From the NCBI GenBank assembly GCA_013265495.1, contig MU058824.1:2755111-2819110 (forward strand): a DNA stretch of 64,000 bases, written 5' to 3'. The notes under the pieces are model-generated. The model worked only from the letters and a program-made list of their open reading frames with translations, was not told the origin of the DNA and ran no database searches. Of the stretch, positions 35,000 through 47,694 are shown in pieces; position 1 is the stretch's first letter, and the number at the start of each line of letters is the position of its first letter. The position numbers were made by a program, and so were the translations under genes. This DNA comes from Vicugna vicugna. Its lineage: Eukaryota.

Positions 35000-35660
35000 G
35001 CACTTATTGAGCACCTACTGTGTGCTAGGTTTATCCTCAGATAAACAAGACCCAGACTCTGCATTGCCCCAAGGAATTCACAATCTGGTGAGGAAAACAC
35101 TTGTGGGTCAGTGTTGATAGCACAGTGTGCCTGTGTTTTGTTTTATTTTAGGGGGAGAGGTAATTAACTTTTTATTTATTTTTTTTAGTGGAGGTGCTGG
35201 GGATTGAACCTAGGACCTTGTGCATGCTAGGCAGGCACTCTACTACTAGGCTATACCCTCTCTGCTGTGTTAAGTGTTTATTAGAGGGAAGGGCTAGATT
35301 TGATGCAGGCACAAATCAGGCAGCACCTAGAGAAAGTGGTCTTGAAGCTGAAATGAAGGCTGAGGAGGAGTTTCTCAGAGGAAAAAGCCTAGGGATGGAA
35401 TTCCAGGCAGAGGGAAAAGCACGTACAAAGGCATGGAGGTGTGACACGGTCTAGCGTTTCTGGAGAACCATGGGTCGTTTGGTATGACTTGGCATTCAGG
35501 TGTGAGAAGGGCAATACACCTTAGAGCCTGGTCCAAGCCAGATCATGATGCTTGAGAGGTTAGACTTTATCCTGAAAGCAACAGGGACCCTTCGAATGGA
35601 TGTAGGAAAGCAGAGTGACCAGACAGAGTTTTAGGGAGTCACCCTGGCATGATCCACATG
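35000..35660 (-). mobile_element. L2 LINE fragment interrupted by a SINE
   Basis: cacttattgagcacctactgtgtgctagg...ttccaggcagagggaaaagcacgtacaaaggcatggaggtgtga...tagactttatcctgaaagcaacaggga. Confidence 0.75.
35138..35260 (-). mobile_element. tRNA-Ala-derived SINE (camelid Vic-1-like)
   Basis: Minus strand GAGGGTATAGCCTAGTAGTAGAGTGCCTGCCTAGCATGCACAAGGTCCTAGGTTCAATCCCCAGCACCTCCA (tRNA-Ala(AGC)-like with A/B boxes), then an A-rich linker, TAATTACCTCTCCCCC and an A-rich tail; ctgtgtt repeated on both sides (35131-35137, 35265-35271). Confidence 0.88.
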
Positions 35661-35689
35661 TCCTGGAGGTCGAGCCAAGCAATGTGACA

Positions 35690-35838
35690 ATTAATGGGCA
35701 TAGGGTCACTGGGAGATCTTGTTAAAACACAGCTTCTGATTCGGTAGGTCTGGGGTGGGGCCTGCTATTCTGTAGGTACCAGAAAGCTCCCAGGTGATGC
35801 TGATCTTGCTGGTCCATGGACCACACTTTGAGTAACAA
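35690..35838 (-). mobile_element. MER5A/MER5A1 MITE
   Basis: ttctgattcggtaggtctggggtggggcctg...agctcccaggtgatgctgatcttgctggtccatggaccacactttgagtaac. Confidence 0.85.
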
Positions 35839-36159
35839 AGGAATGAAACGTATTTGCTGATCCAGTCATTAATGAATGCTGTGAATTTACAGACCACACT
35901 TCTGTAGTCTCAGGTTTTCACTTGCACAGGGTGGAAACCACTTTCATTGGGCCCTGCCTGTCCCACCCCTCCCCCATATAGACAAAGGTATCAGGAGGTG
36001 CCTGTGTCCTTAAGTGAGTGGAAGCAAGGGGTCATTGGCAGATGGACAGTGAGTCACAAGGTCATTTGTCTCAGGCTGATATACAGGCAATATAAGCACG
36101 AAAATGGTCCTGCAATAAGCATTAAAGAACTCATTTATCACAGGATGTGTCCATCCCAC

Positions 36160-36530
36160 ACTTCTGGAGTGCTGTGCTCAGCTCTGGGATGGGGGCAATG
36201 GAGAACCATAATGCATGAAGGGGTGAGACGACAGGATGGGGAGAGGACCCAATGGCTGAGGGACCTGGGGCACTTAACCTGGAGAAGACAGGCTCAGTGG
36301 GGCTTGGTCACTTCCAAATCTCTGAGGGGCTGTCCAGGACAAAGGGAACAGACATGATCTGTGGTACTCGGGGGCTGTGCTAAGACAAATTAGTGGATTG
36401 GAACTAATCTCCCAGCAGGAGAGATTTCACTTCACTGTAAAAAAACAAATTCCAATAGTCAGAGCTGCCCAAATGAGAGATGAGCTACCTTGGATAGTTG
36501 TTAGATCCTTGTCATTGGAGCTGTGCAAGA
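36160..36530 (+). mobile_element. CR1/L3 LINE 3' fragment
   Basis: gagtgctgtgctcagctctggg...ggctgagggacctgggg...aacctggagaagacaggctcag...agtcagagctgccc...ccttgtcattggagctgtgcaag. Confidence 0.7.
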
Positions 36531-38389
36531 CTCTTTTAAATAGCAGGAAATTGAATGGGATAACCCGAGTCCTGAGATTCTCTCATCTACTCATCCAGCT
36601 CAAGAAACACTAATTATTGCAGTGAGTCCCAAAACCCTGTTGCTGTCCTCAGGGGGACTCTAGAGCCAACCTAGCTGTTAATCCTTTGTGCAAATAATCA
36701 AATACTAATCATATTTTCACATTGACCATTCATATCCTACCTCCTTTTCCTGGCTTTACCTTGCTTCAGAGAAATCCCCCACACTGGGCTGGGGGTCAGG
36801 AATCCTGGCTTGGGCCTCTCTCACCACTTTGCTCTATGACTTGGGAGTGTTGCCTCCTCTCTCTGGACTTCAGTCCTGACATGTTCAGTTAAACATCTCA
36901 CCCTGACCCACTGCCAAATATGACAAGTGGGAGTCCACTAGGATGAAGACCATCTCAGGTTCACAGGTGAACCTGAGGGCCTAAAACATAGTAGGTGTTC
37001 AATAAATACTGTATGAGTTGAATTGTGCTCAGCAGAGTGACTGGAACTACTGAAATGAGTTGAGTCGAATTAAACTGAATTTAATTGAGTTCACAAATGT
37101 TATTAACAGAGCAGCAGAATGTTAGTGCTAGATGAAATTTATAAACCCTTTGGTCCCAGACTCTCACTACTCACTCCTCCTTCCCTAACCCACCCCCATT
37201 TCCTGCCAGTGGGCAAAGGGACCGAGGAAGTCTCTTTTCACTTATCACAGAAAACACTATCTCTAAACCATCTTACCTGTGTTGAAGGTTTTCACTTTCT
37301 GCTTTCAAACTAAACCTCTCTCCTAAGTGACAGACATGTTTGGCCTCTGCCTACCAATACTCCTACGATGATTTCACACACACCACAAAATCATTATGTC
37401 TCACTTCCCCCAAGCCTGTCCTTCCACCGAGTTCCTATTTCATCCCCCAGTCCCTTATTCAGGAAACCTGGGGTCATCCTGGACTTTCCCAACTTTTTAA
37501 AAACCTGGGCTGACTCCTAAGGGTAGAAAGTAGTGAATGATTCCTGAGTTTATTATTTTTCCATCAGTAATAAACTCAATTCTGCCAGGTTAGAATAATT
37601 TGAAAAAGATGCAGTGTAGAATTGATCTGAAAGTGCACCTTTCAGCAAAGTACACAAATATTTGCTGAAATAGCCAGATTATAAATTCCATACTCATCAT
37701 CGTTTTTTTTCCAGAAGCAGCATGCCCCTCCCCACCAGGTTGGCCTTGCTGGCAGCCAACCTAGATCATGCTTTCCTGCCTGAGAGGGGTCGGATCTACT
37801 TTCAGGACTGCAGAGGGGCTACTGAGTACCTGAGGGTCTGGAGGCCTGGGTCCTTTCCCCATCTACATTGGGGTCTGCGAGTTAGGTTAGAGAAGCAGAA
37901 TGCAGATCCTGGACTTGGGACACTAAAACACACATTTTCACAGGCTTCTCAAGTGATCCTGATACAGCTGGTTTGCCAGCACCATTCTGAAAATTACTTG
38001 ACTAGACCATCTCAAGGGGCTTTCTGGGACTGACATCTATGAGGCTGTGACAGATGCCCCCTCCTGTCCAACGCCCAGAATAGGAGCTGCCTGTTATGTG
38101 TGACTGGAACCACTACATCACACCTATGTTACACCCCAACACGACTTCCTCATGAGAATGGGGCCAGCCGTGCTCAGAACCAGATTAAGGAATTAACTGC
38201 CAGACCTGCTGTCTGGGTGGTAATTTACAAGAAGCATTAAAATATTCCTGGGAATATAACAAAATTTATTTTCCAGAACACTCCTCAAAGATAGAACCAT
38301 GCATGCCTGGAAAGAATCCCCTGACAACCTACTTGGGACAAGATGCTGACCTGCCCAGTGAGGAGGGTGTTGTAAACTTCTGGGCTCCT

Positions 38390-38760
38390 ACTGGCAAGCA
38401 ACAGAAACAAGCTCTAGCTAATAATAAGCAGAAAGTACATTTCGGGACAGCACAGTGAGCACTAACAGTGTGGTTGGGACAGACGCAGAGTTAGGATTAG
38501 AAAATGGGCAGGGGCCAGGACCACAGCCAGAATGCCAACACAGAGTCTGGCTATCAAGGGCACCACTACTGGCCCCAAGTCCTGTGAGTCACAGCTCACT
38601 GGGCACCAGATGCCACCACCCACCCCACTGCCACCACGGCCCCTGGAGCCTGGGTGCTGCTGCTGCACCAGGATGGAGCCTCCACTGTCCCTCTGTGTCA
38701 CTGGAGCAGGTGGGTCTGAGTGCCTGGGGCCTGGAAAGTGAGTGTTCAGCTTTTCTGCTT
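38390..38760 (-). mobile_element. Ancient MaLR LTR (MLT1K-O group)
   Basis: gcaagcaacagaaacaagctctagctaataataagcagaaag resembles the antisense LTR end; ccactgccacc...tgtgtcact...gcaggtgggtctga internal motifs. Confidence 0.5.
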
Positions 38761-41700
38761 CTGCAGTGAGTCAAGCACAAACATAGGCAGGATGTCCAGA
38801 AGCCAGGATACCCCGCAAAAGACAAATCTCTCCTCCAAAAAGACCTGGCTGCCTAAAGGGCTCCCGCCTTACAGAATGGAATAGTCATGTTTGGGGCCAG
38901 AATTAAATATCTCAGGACAGTAGAAAGAGGATTTGTGTTGCCAGTAACTATCCCCTCTCTCTACATGTCAAAGCTTTCATTCTGAAGCTGAGTTAAACTA
39001 TCCGCCTACCCCGACACCTTCATGACACAGTTAGAACCTGGTCACTTTCCAATGATGAGTTCTGTTCGGTTGGGTCAGAAAGGAGGGACTCAGACCCTGA
39101 TATGCAGGGAGGTCTGAGCTTACATCCTGGAAATGAGCTGCAGAGGCCTCTCTCTAACTGTGGGAGCCTGGCATGGGAGGAGCGCAGCCCACATCCTGGA
39201 CCCCAGCAATTGTGACGGTGAGTTCTTTAAGTTTCAGAGAGCTATGCCACTGACAGCAAGAGGGGGACATGATGACCACTTCTATGTGTGCCGCATACCT
39301 GCCTACCCTGTGAGCGTCCTCTGGGGCTGGAGATGACATAGTTGTGTGTCCCTCCACCCTCCCCTTCCCTTGTTGACTCTCAACTGCCCACAACCCAATT
39401 ATTTCAGAGGCAAAATTACTGAGGCCCAAGAGGGTCATAGAAAACAAACAAACACCAGAGATTACAGGGATCCAGGTAGGTGCAGGCTGCATCTCTTTTC
39501 CAAGATGCAGGTTGGGACCAGCCTGGATTCGAAGGGGCCTGAATTAGTCAGCTTTTTGTCAATGGCCCTGAAATGTCAACAACTAACAACATTTATTTCT
39601 GGCTCTCATCCATATCTGCTGTGGGTCAGTGTTGGTTCTGTTCCACTCCATCTTCATTTCCAGACCCAGACTAGATGAGAACACCTTATTTCAGTCCCAT
39701 AGAAGAAGGGAAAGAGCAGTAACAGAAATATGTGGTGGCTCAGAAAGCTGCCACTCAGAACTGACACATGGCACTTCCCTTAACTTTCAGAGGCCAAGTC
39801 TGATGTCAGTGAGGTGGGGCAATTACGATCTTGTTACAGGAGGGCAGAAAACAAGAGAAACAGTAACAAAATCCTCCACAGAGCCATTACACCAGAAGCC
39901 ACAGCAGCGGCCCTCATGTTGGATCTCCAGTTCCTCTGACCTGCATGTCCCCCAGGTTCATCCCATTTATCCTGCTCCTTCAGAATGTTCCCTAGGGTTT
40001 TGCCCCACAGTCCTAGTCCCATTTTAGAGATGCAAAGACTGAGGCCCACAGAGGAGACCTGGGTCACAAACTCCTCCCCAGTGCCCTTCCCTGAATGAAA
40101 GGCTTCCTGCCCACCCCATCCTCTTCCTTGCCTCCTACCCCAAGTCCCCAGAAATACCTGCTCTCTGTGGGGCACCAGCCCACATCTTCTATCAACCCAA
40201 AATTGATGTTCCTCACTTAGTCTCTCGAGTGCTCTGTGAGGTCAGTAATTTATAAGGCAGAGCTGGAATGGGAGCTGCCTCTCTGAGCCCTCAGTCCTGG
40301 TCAGCAAACCATACTGGACCTCAGTTTTGTCCATCTCCAAAGCCAGTGCCCCACCACTGCCCCTCATGCTGGCCCCAATCCCCTCCTCCTCCGCCCAAGC
40401 CCACATTCATTGTCACCTGTGGTGTCGTTGGTGTCACGATGTCACTGCCCCAGGACTGTTCCCTCTTCACCAGCCCGAACTAATCTTTAATTCAGACCCA
40501 CGGAGCAGGCCCTTCAGCTCCCATTGCCAGGCGCAGAAATGAGGATAAATGCAGCTGTCAGCGGCTTCCTGCCTCTTTGTTTTTTAATTTACTTAGAGTT
40601 GGGCAGCAGAGATGGCAGGAGAGGAAGCAGATGGCTTAGTGTGACAGATGGGATCCTATCTATGACACAAGGACAAGGTGAGAGAAAGTGATCAAGAGAA
40701 GATGTGGGCTCTGCGTGAGAGCGTGTGTGCACAGGCTCCTGTGCCAGGATGTCTGTGCTCCGGCTGAGAGCTCGCCAGGCTCAGGGTGCAGGCTGGGCAC
40801 TGCGCAGGGCTGGGGCTCCAGTTTGCTCAGCCCCACACCTTCATCTGACAGTGAGGACACAAAGGCCCAGAGACGGTGACCTGGTCACCCACCTGAAGGA
40901 CACCTGACCATGCAGTCCCAGTTACACTGCTGTATACATGGTGGGTGATGCCTGTGGAACAGCTCCCAGGGCTGTCCGACCTTCATCACCCCTCAACCAT
41001 ACATTCTTACAGAAGTCTACTTTCAGCCCTGGCTTGCTTATGCTAAAGATTTTCAAGCAGACTTTAAAAAGTGTTTCATGCCTAGAACATCCCAAGGTCT
41101 CCAGCACATGAGTGCAGCGCCAGGGTCCCAAACCAGGACTGGGGGATTGGAGAGGGCAGCCCCGCTTCCACCTCCACCCGGATCCCTTGAGAAAGTGTGC
41201 AAGTGGAAGAAAGAATCGACAGGTTTTTTTTTTTCACTGGTGGCAGAGCCTTGTCTAGGTCATGGAGGAAAAACAGTACTGTGTACCCCAGAGGCTGTGT
41301 TCAAAGAGGGAGGGGAGTGTGAGATGAAAGTCCCTTCTGTTCTCCTGGGTACACATGAGAGATTCAGTGGGCACAGGTGGCCTGTAGCAGAACTGGGGAG
41401 CAGGGGCTGCACCAGACTGCGGAGCTCAGCATGGCAGTGAGAATTTGGAGTTCCCAGGACAGCCAGGAGTAAGGGGCAAGAAAGGAAAGGAAATGGAGAA
41501 GACGCCCAGAGCCTGCTACAGCAAAGGGCAAGCTTTGTTCTGTTCTGGGGGAGTTCGTTTTTGTAAAAATTGTGTAAAGGGCTGCATTTTATATCTCATT
41601 AACAGTACCGGAAAGAAACAACAGGGTGAGGTAAAAACGATGATCCAGAAATGGGACTACCTCAGAGCCTAAGGTGCCCACGGGAAAAGAAGTACCCTCA

Positions 41701-44399
41701 GAATTTACAGAAATCTTTGGGAGCATTGGATCATCCTCAGAATGAGGATGGGGGTTTGAGTCGATCTTCACATAAAAGGCTGCATTTGGGATTATGAGGG
41801 TCATTTTGTAGAGGAGAGAGAAAGTACAGATGGGAAACTGCTTTCTCAGGAGCACTGTACCTGCATGAGAGGATCTGAGCATGAGCACTTGTGGGTCACA
41901 GGGCCAGCCCGCATCTCAGCCCTCCCCGTCTACACCACAGGCAATCCTCTCGGTAACTTTGAAGATTATCACTCCTGCTTTACACATGAGGAAAGGGACT
42001 CAGCAATTAATGTTTTTCCCACAGCCACCCAGAGGATAAGAGGAGGGTCCAGAATTCAGACTCAGGTCTAGCCAATCCTAAAAGTCAGCTTTTTCCTCCC
42101 GAAACCTGGTTCCACTTGGACATGCTAAGCTTGAACTTAGGGCAAGGCCGTTCTCCTCAGTGACTGTGGTATTCCTTATCTGCCCATGTGAGCTGCACGA
42201 TACACCTGTCATTTCTAGAGACCCCAAGGGCTCTGGGGAGTGAAACAAGTAACTGGACACTAGGACCAGCAGCCAGGACCTTAAGCCGCAGGGCCTGGAG
42301 GTATGAGCATTTCCTCTCCTGATGTGTGCAGGCTCCCTGTTATGAAGAAGCCCAGGAGAAGGGCCATCCTACAGGCTGAGAGACAAGGGAGAAGGCAGAG
42401 GATCCTCTCAAACTGCGTGGGTTCCTGGAGAAGACTTCTGTCTCTATGTACTGAGGGTGTAAAAGTCAGGCTCTGCGATCAGACCAGAAGAGTCCAGAGG
42501 TGAACGAGGCAGGGAACCCTGATCTCCAGCCTGAAATCTCCTCTCTATCAGGATCCGGGTGGGAAATATAAATCTATTCACTGAAGAGACTTTGGCAAAG
42601 GGACCACTTGTAAGGCTTTGAGAAGGATGGTGAAGCACCCAGAGACTCATCATAGCAGGAGCCACTGCACCCCAAGGCCCAGAGGGGCAGAGGGAAGAAA
42701 TGGTATTCTGAGAGCCTCAGGAGAGCAGAAGATACAGAGAAGTGGCTGCCTGCTCACGGCAGTCACAGAGGGACCCAGTCCCCGCAAGAGACATGATGCT
42801 AGAGCAGGATGGGAGAAGAAATACCTGACCTCTCCTACCTTCCATCCTCCCATTACCTGCAGCTCTCCCTAGACTGAACCTAATCAGGTGTCTGATGGCA
42901 AAGGAGATGTACAATCCATGGAGGTCAGGGACTGGAAGGGAAGGGAATTACAGTGGAACCAGCCAGCCCCGGAATGGGGCCATCACATTTTCTCCCACAA
43001 ACCATGCCTGATCAGGGCTTGGCAAACCCACTGTTATTTTTAGGTGAGAGGTTGAAATGAGAATCTGATAGTCAGGGACAGGCAGATTTTCCTCACACTT
43101 CGCCCTTCTAGGAAGTTGTTGACTCTCACATTGACCTGGAGCCAATGGGACCCTCCTGTCTCAGACCACAAATGTGAAGATCATGGTTCAGGCTGGAGAC
43201 CATGTTCCCCATTCCATGCAGCTCAGCAAGCTCCTCCTGGGTAGCACTGGACAGTCTGCCCTGACACTAGTTGCTCCCTTCATAAGTGCTCCTGAGGACA
43301 CAAAAGACAGCATGAAGAGTCACCTTCGTGGATTTTCATTACACTGAAAAGTACATGAGTCTCCAATTAAACACAGAACTTTCCCCTTCTCACTGAGTTT
43401 TCTCCTCTCTCTTTAATCCGGCTCCAATCTGGGACTAGCCACTAGAATTCAAAATCTTTCCTGGAGAGAGAAACTAACTTGGAAACTGTTAAGTCACCAA
43501 AGAAGTGATCCTTGAAGCAGCGCTCCCAGTGTCTTTGAGAGAAGGAGGATACACGTGAATGAGAGATCTGTCTGTCACCCTCCATGAGCTAATGCTGCAA
43601 AGATTTGTTGGATTTCTACAAATGAGCAAAACCACATTGTTATCAGCCAGAGCTTGTCTGTACCCATCACAGATTCAGCAAACCCAGTATTACTGCAATT
43701 TTGGTATCCTACAATTTGTGTGTTCCATTCTGGTCAATAATTTTCCAACACACTTGCTCACCTCCAAATCCCCCAAGTTCTTTATGTCCTTTAAAGCCTG
43801 TCTCAAGGGACATCACCATCATTCATTCATTTATTCAAAAGATATGTTTGAAATCTGCTTTATCCCGAGTTTATTTATGGTCAGGCGCAGCAGCTACAAT
43901 GGTAATCAAGACAGACTTGACCCCTGTCCTGCGGATGTTTTCTTCATCATGCAGTCTCTTCCATCTTTGACCTTTCCCTGGCACCGGCTCTGACAACCAT
44001 ATCACATTTGACCTTCCATGATGATCTCCCCAGTCTGTGTCTAGTCCTTCCCTCCAGAACACCAGCCCCTGAAAGACTGAGACTGCACTCTCCTCTGTAT
44101 TAACTAGTGCAGCACCAAACACTCGTGAGATTGGAATCCAACCAGGATCCTTCAAGCAGCTGAGCCCAATCACTTAACCTCAGTCTCTTCATCTGTATAA
44201 TGGGAGACATCATCTCAGGGTTTCCTGAGTTGAATTTTCTGCATTGATGAATGTGAAAGCACTTTGCAAACTGTAAACCTCTCAGCACAGTAGCCCAACC
44301 ACCCAAAACAATGAATTAAAAGAAGTTTCCATCCTGCTCTTCTGCAGATCAGGGGTTGCAGTGTGCTCCAGGGTGAATCTCAGCCAAGATGGAGAGACA

Positions 44400-45240
44400 A
44401 AGCAAGTGCTGACAAATCTGCCTCCCTACCCCACCTCCCTGCAGTTAAAAGGCGGGTCAATTACCATTGGCTCATTTGTAATCATTACAGTTGTCTTGAG
44501 TTTTCTCTGCTGATTGCTTGGGTTAAGAAGCCTCTAATCAGTGGAAAGGGTGCGGGGCTTGAGAGAGCCTTTTGTCTGCAAGCCCCATCCAGTCTCGCCT
44601 GGAGGCTGAGGGGAAAGGATATCAGAAAAAGGGTGCTGGTGCTGGCTGTCCTAGGGATCCAGAGGCTTTGTTCGTGGAGTCTCTGAGGTTTTTCTGGGCT
44701 GACCTCTGATGGAGGAGCTGGGGAGGTAATCCCATTATGGAAAGGGACCCCTGGAAATTTTCATTAATGTTGATGCATACCGTCCATATTTCACCGTCAC
44801 CAAGGCAGATTTTCTCACTCTTTTGACACGAAAACAGACAGGTGGAGTCGTTTTGATTTGGGCTGCCTAGTTTCTTCCCCAGGGAAGCTGCTTCCTCTGG
44901 CTTGCATGATAATTGAATTTCACGGATGGAATCGTCCACATACTTCTCAATTAGGGATGTGTACAGGCAGTGAGATTTTTCAGGTGTTGATCTATGATTG
45001 TCCCCCCTTTTTTTACCTTTAAATTAATCTTCTTAATTTCTGCCAGCTCTAAATCCAGCTTTGCTAAATAGCATTATTCTGACTTAAATGGTCTAATCTG
45101 TTTGTCGTAAACTGGGTACAGCTGAAAATCGTGTATGCGGGAGCCTTCCTCATTAATCACAGCTGACAAGAAGTCAGAAATCAAGAAGCAAAATTGTCTC
45201 TGAAGGCAAAGTGGGGAAGGATTGGGAAAAGCAGCCAACG
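44400..45240. promoter_or_regulatory. Candidate conserved non-coding element / enhancer
   Basis: About 840 bp without recognisable repeat, CpG-retaining, many TAAT/ATTA cores, TAATCC, TGACAA/TGACAC and CAGCTG motifs; flanked by MIRs; function inferred. Confidence 0.45.
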
Positions 45241-46159
45241 ACGTGTGACTGCCGAGTTGGGAAGGCCAGGGCACGAGTCTCCCAGCTCCAGCTGGGTGGC
45301 CCTGGTTAAGTCCCTGTCCTCTTTGGGCTTCAGTTTCTACCTCTGGGAAACAAAAAAAAATGCAGGCAGGGGTGGGATATGAGGTTCAGATCACCAGGGC
45401 CCACAGGAACCTTTTGAGCTGTAACATTGTCTGAGCCTATATATGACTTCTCAGGGAAATACCACCAAAGTGGCATGTCGGTATTTAAACGCACAGCTGT
45501 TGTTGACTCTTGAGAACATCAAGAGGACCTACAGTCTCAATGCTTTACCACAGCATTTTCCAAAATGAGGGGGCAAGTAGTAAAGGGACACAGACCTCAG
45601 TACCCCAGGAGTGCTGAGCCCCCATTGAGTCTCCATCCCCCTGAGCAGATGAAGGGCTCTGTCTGGCACAGCGCATCTTAAACACCTCCCTGATGCTGGC
45701 GCCCCTCCCAGGTTATCAGAGAAGGAGTATCCTCAGACTCACTCCTTGTCAGGCAGTTAGAATCCAACACCTGTTTGGTAGCAGTGTGTGTGGTTTCTCT
45801 GGTTTTCTCCATCTAGGGTAGAGATTGTGTCCTTTTAAGACAGATTTACTCAGGAGCTGATTTTGAAGAAAAGTTAGTGCAGAAGCTGTATGGCTATGGC
45901 AAAAATTGAAAGTAGCACATGGATGTCTGCTCTTGCAGTCTCTGAAAAAGTATTCAGAGCCTCGGTAGAGGGGTTGGCACTATTCAGGCACTGGGAAGAC
46001 AGGTGAAGAACACCTTTAGGTCCTTAACCTCCCTCCCAGCCTCCCACTACCATATCCTGAGTGTCCATCCCTTGCATAGCCCCCCATCCTGGCACTGATC
46101 CCGGGAACCAGCATCCTCATAGCCCTTGGATCCCCGTGCTGTCACCACTCTGCCCAGTT

Positions 46160-46242
46160 GGGTGACCAACTGTTCTGAGGGGTTGGGACTTTCAATTTTA
46201 AAGCCAGGACAGTCCCAGGCAAATGGAGACAAGTTGGCTCGC
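46160..46242. mobile_element. MER81-like hAT-Blackjack MITE
   Basis: gggtgaccaactg...gggactttcaattttaaagccaggacagtcccaggcaaa...agttgg. Confidence 0.75.
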
Positions 46243-46899
46243 CTACCAGTGATCTAGCCCAGTCCTAAAGCAATGCTACCCTCCACTTTCTCCATCCTCC
46301 ACCCCAGTGGCTAAAGCTGCAGGTGCATCAATCTCCTTTTCCCTAGCTCTGCGCAGATTGGCACCCTTCCAAATTCTGGGTTCCACTCAGCACCACCTGT
46401 CAGTCTTTTATAATTCTCCCCACACTCTCAAGAGCTATTTCACAATTCTCCCACCCTCCCCAACAACCCCCATACACCACCCACCTCCCCTTCCACATCT
46501 GAGTTTGCTCCACTGAGAGTGTGGAGGGCAGTGAGCACTAATGAAGGCAGTCGCTCCCTCCCTGCCAGACTACTTCTCACCTCCCACTGTACACACATGC
46601 AGTCCCTCTCCCTCGCTCTGTCCTCTGTCCCCCTTGCTCTCTCCTGTGTCTGTAGGCACTCCCACCCTACTGCATCTTCTCTTCAACCCTTGCACACCCT
46701 CCTCCTTCAAGCTACCACCCTCCCTTCTTCTCCTCCTGTTCCCATCCAAATAGCTCTAAAGAGCTGCCTCCACGTCCCTTTCTCAGCTTTCCAAGTCATT
46801 CACTCCTCCATCCCTGTAGTTGGGCTTCTGCCTCCTCTAAAACAAATCTCTACACTCCCCTGCTAATTGCCAAATCCAGCACCTTCATTCTGAGTGTTT

Positions 46900-47060
46900 T
46901 ACATACATCAGCTCATTTGAGCAAACTATTTGTGTTGTTAAAGTAAAATAAAATGATACATCAACCTAGTAAGATAGGTAATCTTTTACCCCCATTTTAC
47001 AGCTGAGGAAACTGAGGAACAGAGAGATTAAGTAACTTGCCCAAGGTCACACAGCTACAT
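46900..47060 (-). mobile_element. MIR SINE
   Basis: ccccattttacagctgaggaaactgagg...agagattaagtaacttgcccaaggtcacacagcta (well-preserved MIR core). Confidence 0.9.
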
Positions 47061-47694
47061 TTGATAGAAAAGATGGGTACCCACCATATGTTGAATTCTA
47101 ATACATACCAAGAGCTATACTAAGTAGTTTATCTGTTAGCTCATTGAGTTTAAAACAATCCTCCATGGTAAGTATTATTCTTAGGTTCATTTTACAGATC
47201 AGGAAAACAAAGTTCAGAGATGTCCCCAGGAAAAAAGTATATATGGGAGAGCCTCAGACAGAGAGTAGGGTGGCCAGGAAGGCTTCTCAGAGGAGGTGCC
47301 ACCTGAGCAGGGTTTTGAAGCAGGAGTAGGAATTAGTCAACCGAAGAAAAGCAAAAGGGTATCCCAGGTAGGGAACAGTGTCTACAAAGCCTCAAGGTCA
47401 TAAGATCATGTACCCGTCAGGGAACCTCAGACAAATGGGCTGGCTGGAGGTTAGAGAATGAAATGGGGAGTAAGAGAGGTAAGGCTTTCAAGGAAAGCAG
47501 GGAAAGAGAGAGCGGAGCAACCCAGGCCACAGGAAAGAATTTCAACATTATGGGGCCATGGCTCTCAAACTGGTGTGCGTCAGAATTGCAACACTGCCAT
47601 CCGAGGCCTCCTCCCCACATAATCAGTAGACCGAGGGCAGGGCTCAGGAGTTTACATGTGTGTGTATATATCTTACTAAGGTTCCGATGTACTT

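Noticed and set aside
35187..35260. tRNA-Ala gene
   Set aside because: D-arm and stems are mutated, and the SINE body, A-rich tail and flanking repeat show a retroposed SINE.
38455..38825. Overlapping GC-rich ORFs suggesting an exon
   Set aside because: The region matches antisense ancient MaLR LTR motifs and gives no coherent peptide.
40600..40640. CTCF-like sites (gcagcagagatggcag, gaagcagatggctt)
   Set aside because: Poor fit to the CCASYAGRKGGC core in spacing and flanks.
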